The translations under genes were made by a program, and so were the position numbers. Positions 59,636-64,000 of a DNA stretch of 64,000 nucleotides are shown here, in pieces. The DNA is taken from assembly GCF_009914755.1 (NCBI RefSeq), contig NC_060927.1. One strand, written 5' to 3'. The notes under the pieces are model-generated. The model did not search any database and was not told the DNA's origin. It saw nothing but the letters and a program-made list of their open reading frames with translations. Each line of letters starts with the position of its first letter. Position 1 is the first letter of the stretch. This DNA comes from the human T2T-CHM13v2.0 reference genome, Homo sapiens.

Positions 59636-60793
59636 AAATCAGACAAGGAATCTCCACACTGTTGCACATAACAGCTTTTATACAATGATAAGGACATATC
59701 ATTTGTTTACAAAGAAAGTCTAAAATTTCAAGAACATTCAAAGAGCTAACACAGTAAAGGTCATGCAAGTTCTAGAATAGTGAATCATGACAGAACTCAT
59801 TCATTTTATCCTTTACCTCCAAAAGGCCCATCTCCTTAACGAGAAGACATCTCAAGACCAGGAGCTTGTCACTAGTCTGATATTTCATTCAGGAATATTG
59901 AGCCTGTTAGCACGTACTGGCTTGATAGGAAGTAACTCAACCCTAACTGTAGAAAAGGGTTTTCTGAAGAGACTCACTGCTGCAAAATGCATGCCCTGTA
60001 TTCATATTGTGTTATACGATGAACATGCCACATGCTTTCATTTAAGTACGTGTGCGTAACACCCGAACCAGGAATCTCAGCTATGACCTATTCACTTAGC
60101 TACGCTAAATGTCAGTCCAAGATAAAAGAGGAGATTAAAGATAAAACTGAAGATTAAAGAGACTGTGAGTAGTGACACATTCAAGTGAGGCTGTAAATCT
60201 AGGTAAGTGACACTAAGAACCTGAAGAGACCCTATGAACTTTTCCCTAGGAGGCCGTTTCCAACTGCCCTATGACAAACAGCTGATCATCACGTTTATAA
60301 TGATGGTTCACTCACGGAGCTTCGAACTTATTCATACCTACATTTAATTGATCACCACGAATGGGTAGGCAGACGTGTCAGACCTTCAGGGGACTCTCCT
60401 TCCCCACAGCCCCCAAACCTTCTATACAAAGTCCCTCTGCTTTAAGTCAAAAGGTCAATTCTGGATTAAAACTTGTCCGCACTAAGTTTATAGGAGGTAA
60501 CATGCAAATAATGTGATAAAGTTAAAATGACTTGTCAATAGCAAACATTATAAATGTATGCTACTATCTCATTAAGTAGAGGACCTGGAGAAACCATAAA
60601 GGTAACAAAAACCCAAGCTAAATTTCAAATTTTGTAGTAATTTCATTTTACAGTGGTTGAATTTACCCACCCAATGCTTAATGACCACAAAATGTTTCTG
60701 CAACTAAAACTAAAAGATAGGGAATTATAGGAGTTGGGATACATGTTAGATACTAACGATCTTCAAGCTTTGAAGATGTCATTGCATGAAGAA

Positions 60794-60822
60794 AATTATG
60801 GGAAACACTGTTCCCGATAATT
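60794..60822 (-). promoter_or_regulatory. Iron-responsive element E
   Basis: mRNA AAUUAU-C-GGGAA-CAGUGU-UUCCC-AUAAUU. Confidence 0.97.
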
Positions 60823-60841
60823 ACTTACACCCTTAGTGTAA

Positions 60842-60868
60842 CATATGGAGATCACTGTCTCCGATACA
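60842..60868 (-). promoter_or_regulatory. Iron-responsive element D
   Basis: mRNA UGUAU-C-GGAGA-CAGUGA-UCUCC-AUAUG. Confidence 0.96.
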
Positions 60869-60904
60869 GACACTGTGGTAGGTAAAAACTACCTTGTTCT
60901 TTAT

Positions 60905-60935
60905 ACATTATGGAAGACACTGCTCCCGATAATGT
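60905..60935 (-). promoter_or_regulatory. Iron-responsive element C
   Basis: mRNA ACAUUAU-C-GGGAG-CAGUGU-CUUCC-AUAAUGU. Confidence 0.97.
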
Positions 60936-61307
60936 GTTAGGATTGTGACAAAGGTACTGGAAATTTTGCAAAATGGGAATTAGAGTTACACCTTGGATAA
61001 ACTGAGCTATAAAATTTTGCAGGAGTACTACCACAGCCTTTAAGTGACATTGATTTATAACTTGGTCACAATTCACTGCATTTAGGAAAACCAGCATTCT
61101 TATCTGGTCAGTGCTCGCTTCTTAGCAACCCCTAATTAAATTTAATTCATCTCTAAATCTTAGCTTCAACTTTATTCAATTACATTTGGCTGACGGCTGT
61201 TTTCTAAAACCCTTAAGTGTTGACCATAAATGCAAAACTTCCAGTATCTGTTGGGTTTTATTAGCAGATGCTGCTTTTATTTAAAAAAAACCGACAGTAT
61301 AACTGTC

Positions 61308-61340
61308 ATAATTATGGAAGGCACTGCTTCCGATAATTAT
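61308..61340 (-). promoter_or_regulatory. Iron-responsive element B
   Basis: mRNA AUAAUUAU-C-GGAAG-CAGUGC-CUUCC-AUAAUUAU. Confidence 0.97.
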
Positions 61341-61359
61341 ATTCTATTAAAAAAACACC

Positions 61360-61388
61360 ATTTATAGTGAACTCTGTCACTGATAAAT
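61360..61388 (-). promoter_or_regulatory. Iron-responsive element A
   Basis: mRNA AUUUAU-C-AGUGA-CAGAGU-UCACU-AUAAAU: C bulge, 5-bp upper stem, variant CAGAGU loop. Confidence 0.95.
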
Positions 61389-62272
61389 AAACAATAAATA
61401 TCTCAGTGCCAAAAGGACAGAAAGCTCTCCCCTAAGATTAACACTTTGGCCAAAATTTGGCAGCATATTATTCTTTAAAGTCTGACAAACTGAGTCTGCA
61501 ACTAAACACCTGAAACTGGTTCTCTTTCAATGTGCTTTGGAAGAAACAAAAATAACAAAGAACTAAATGGAGGCTTATGGGGGAAGGGACAGAGGAAAAG
61601 AAAATATACTAAGTCTTTGGCTTCTGGTCCCCTCTTTTCATAAATGACACTGAGGTTAACATATTAAGGCCTTATTCCTGCAATCAACAGTTGAACCTCA
61701 TTTTATCCAGCAGAAGGACCTCCATTTCAGACCTCATTGGCAAGAAAACAAGCCCATCTCTTCTGAAAGTTAACTGTTTCTTTCAGGAATGAGGAAACCA
61801 GCTACATTCCTTATGGAAAGGCTTAGATCTCATTTGGAGAAGGTCTTTCAACCTGGTATCTCCTATTTAGCATCAAATGAAGTTGGAGGATCACTCAAAG
61901 TAAGCGACCACTTACAACCTTCAGCAGAGACCAGCCCTTAGGATTCAGAGAGATCATTCACATAACTGGTTTCTGACATTTTCATTAACAACAACAGGAA
62001 AGAGGCAGTTCCCATTACAAAGCACTTAAAATTCTAGAGATAGGGGAATATTCCATCATGGACATTTTTTAAGTGGTTATTCACTTTAACTTGAAGTACA
62101 GGTTATCTACCCTGTATTAAAAGCTGCTGCCTAAAGACATCTAGTAGTACCAAGATGATGGGATGGAATTTTAACATCAGGTTTTGTAGCCCTACTGAAA
62201 ATTTAGCACGATCAGCACAAGTCTAGAAACCAGACTACCCTGCTGTTCTCATGGAAGCTATGGGTATCACAT

Positions 62273-63460
<1,188 letters not shown>

Positions 63461-63749
63461 TTTTTTTAAAGGAAACTGATTCATTTTACAAAGGAAAACT
63501 TTAAATGTGTTCAGATTCTTTTCCCCATTGGAGCATACATGGAAGTTTTACAGCAAGTCTCTTCCAAAAAGACTAGGTTTGACTAAGTTCTGAATTAGAC
63601 AGCAGAAACAGAAAATGACAGCTAAACCATTAATGCTCCCTTCTTAAAGGAATTCTAGACTCCTAGAGTTTGTCCACTTTGCAGAAGTGTAAGATTTATC
63701 GGTTATTTTACACATACTTTAGTTCCTCCTTTCCCAAAAGTTCACTTAC

Positions 63750-63890
63750 TCTCATGACACGATCATTGAGTTTCTTCATGACAAATCTGTCTGTTTTCTC
63801 AGCATTCCCGAAATCTGTTGTTAGTCTGGAAGTAGCACGGAAGAAGTCTCCACGAGCAGAATACAGCCACTGTAAACTCAGGCCCATTTC
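63750..63890 (-). CDS. TFRC: Transferrin receptor 1, penultimate exon (141 bp)
   Basis: Translates [50 protein letters not shown] acceptor and GTAAGT donor; joins the terminal exon in phase 0. Confidence 0.97.
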
Positions 63891-64000
63891 CTGAAACAGA
63901 CATTATTCGCTATGAGAAGTTTTATTTCTAAGGACATTCTTTTGTATGCCTTTCTAATTTAACGTGCGTTAAGTAAGATTCTGATAAAAGGAACTCGCAG

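Larger units (their letters stand above)
59612..62272 (-). other. TFRC: TFRC 3' UTR (~2.65 kb)
   Basis: No obvious interspersed repeats between the TFRC stop and an AATAAA at 59635-59630; contains five IREs. 3' end approximate. Confidence 0.9.

Overview
Primate (human-like) genomic DNA. The right end carries the last two exons and complete 3' UTR of the transferrin receptor gene TFRC on the minus strand, with all five iron-responsive elements; by established knowledge this is 3q29. The ~39 kb furthest from TFRC is comparatively Alu-poor and looks like inserted duplicated sequence. It holds a PPP4R2 processed pseudogene with ~254 bp of retained intron-like sequence, a ~7 kb 47-bp minisatellite (two subfamilies, an internal inversion, higher-order structure, and a sub-block open in all three + frames), two solo LTR13 elements and an 82-87 bp VNTR. 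Most notably, nine GT-AG-bounded minus-strand segments at 37801-29601 splice in phase into an uninterrupted 212-aa ORF that I cannot assign to a known gene. The ~39-59.6 kb interval is Alu/L1-dense and contains a scrambled ARL8B retrocopy. Most ORFs in the supplied track are repeat-derived artefacts. Repeat subfamily calls are from recalled consensus sequences and coordinates were counted by hand.
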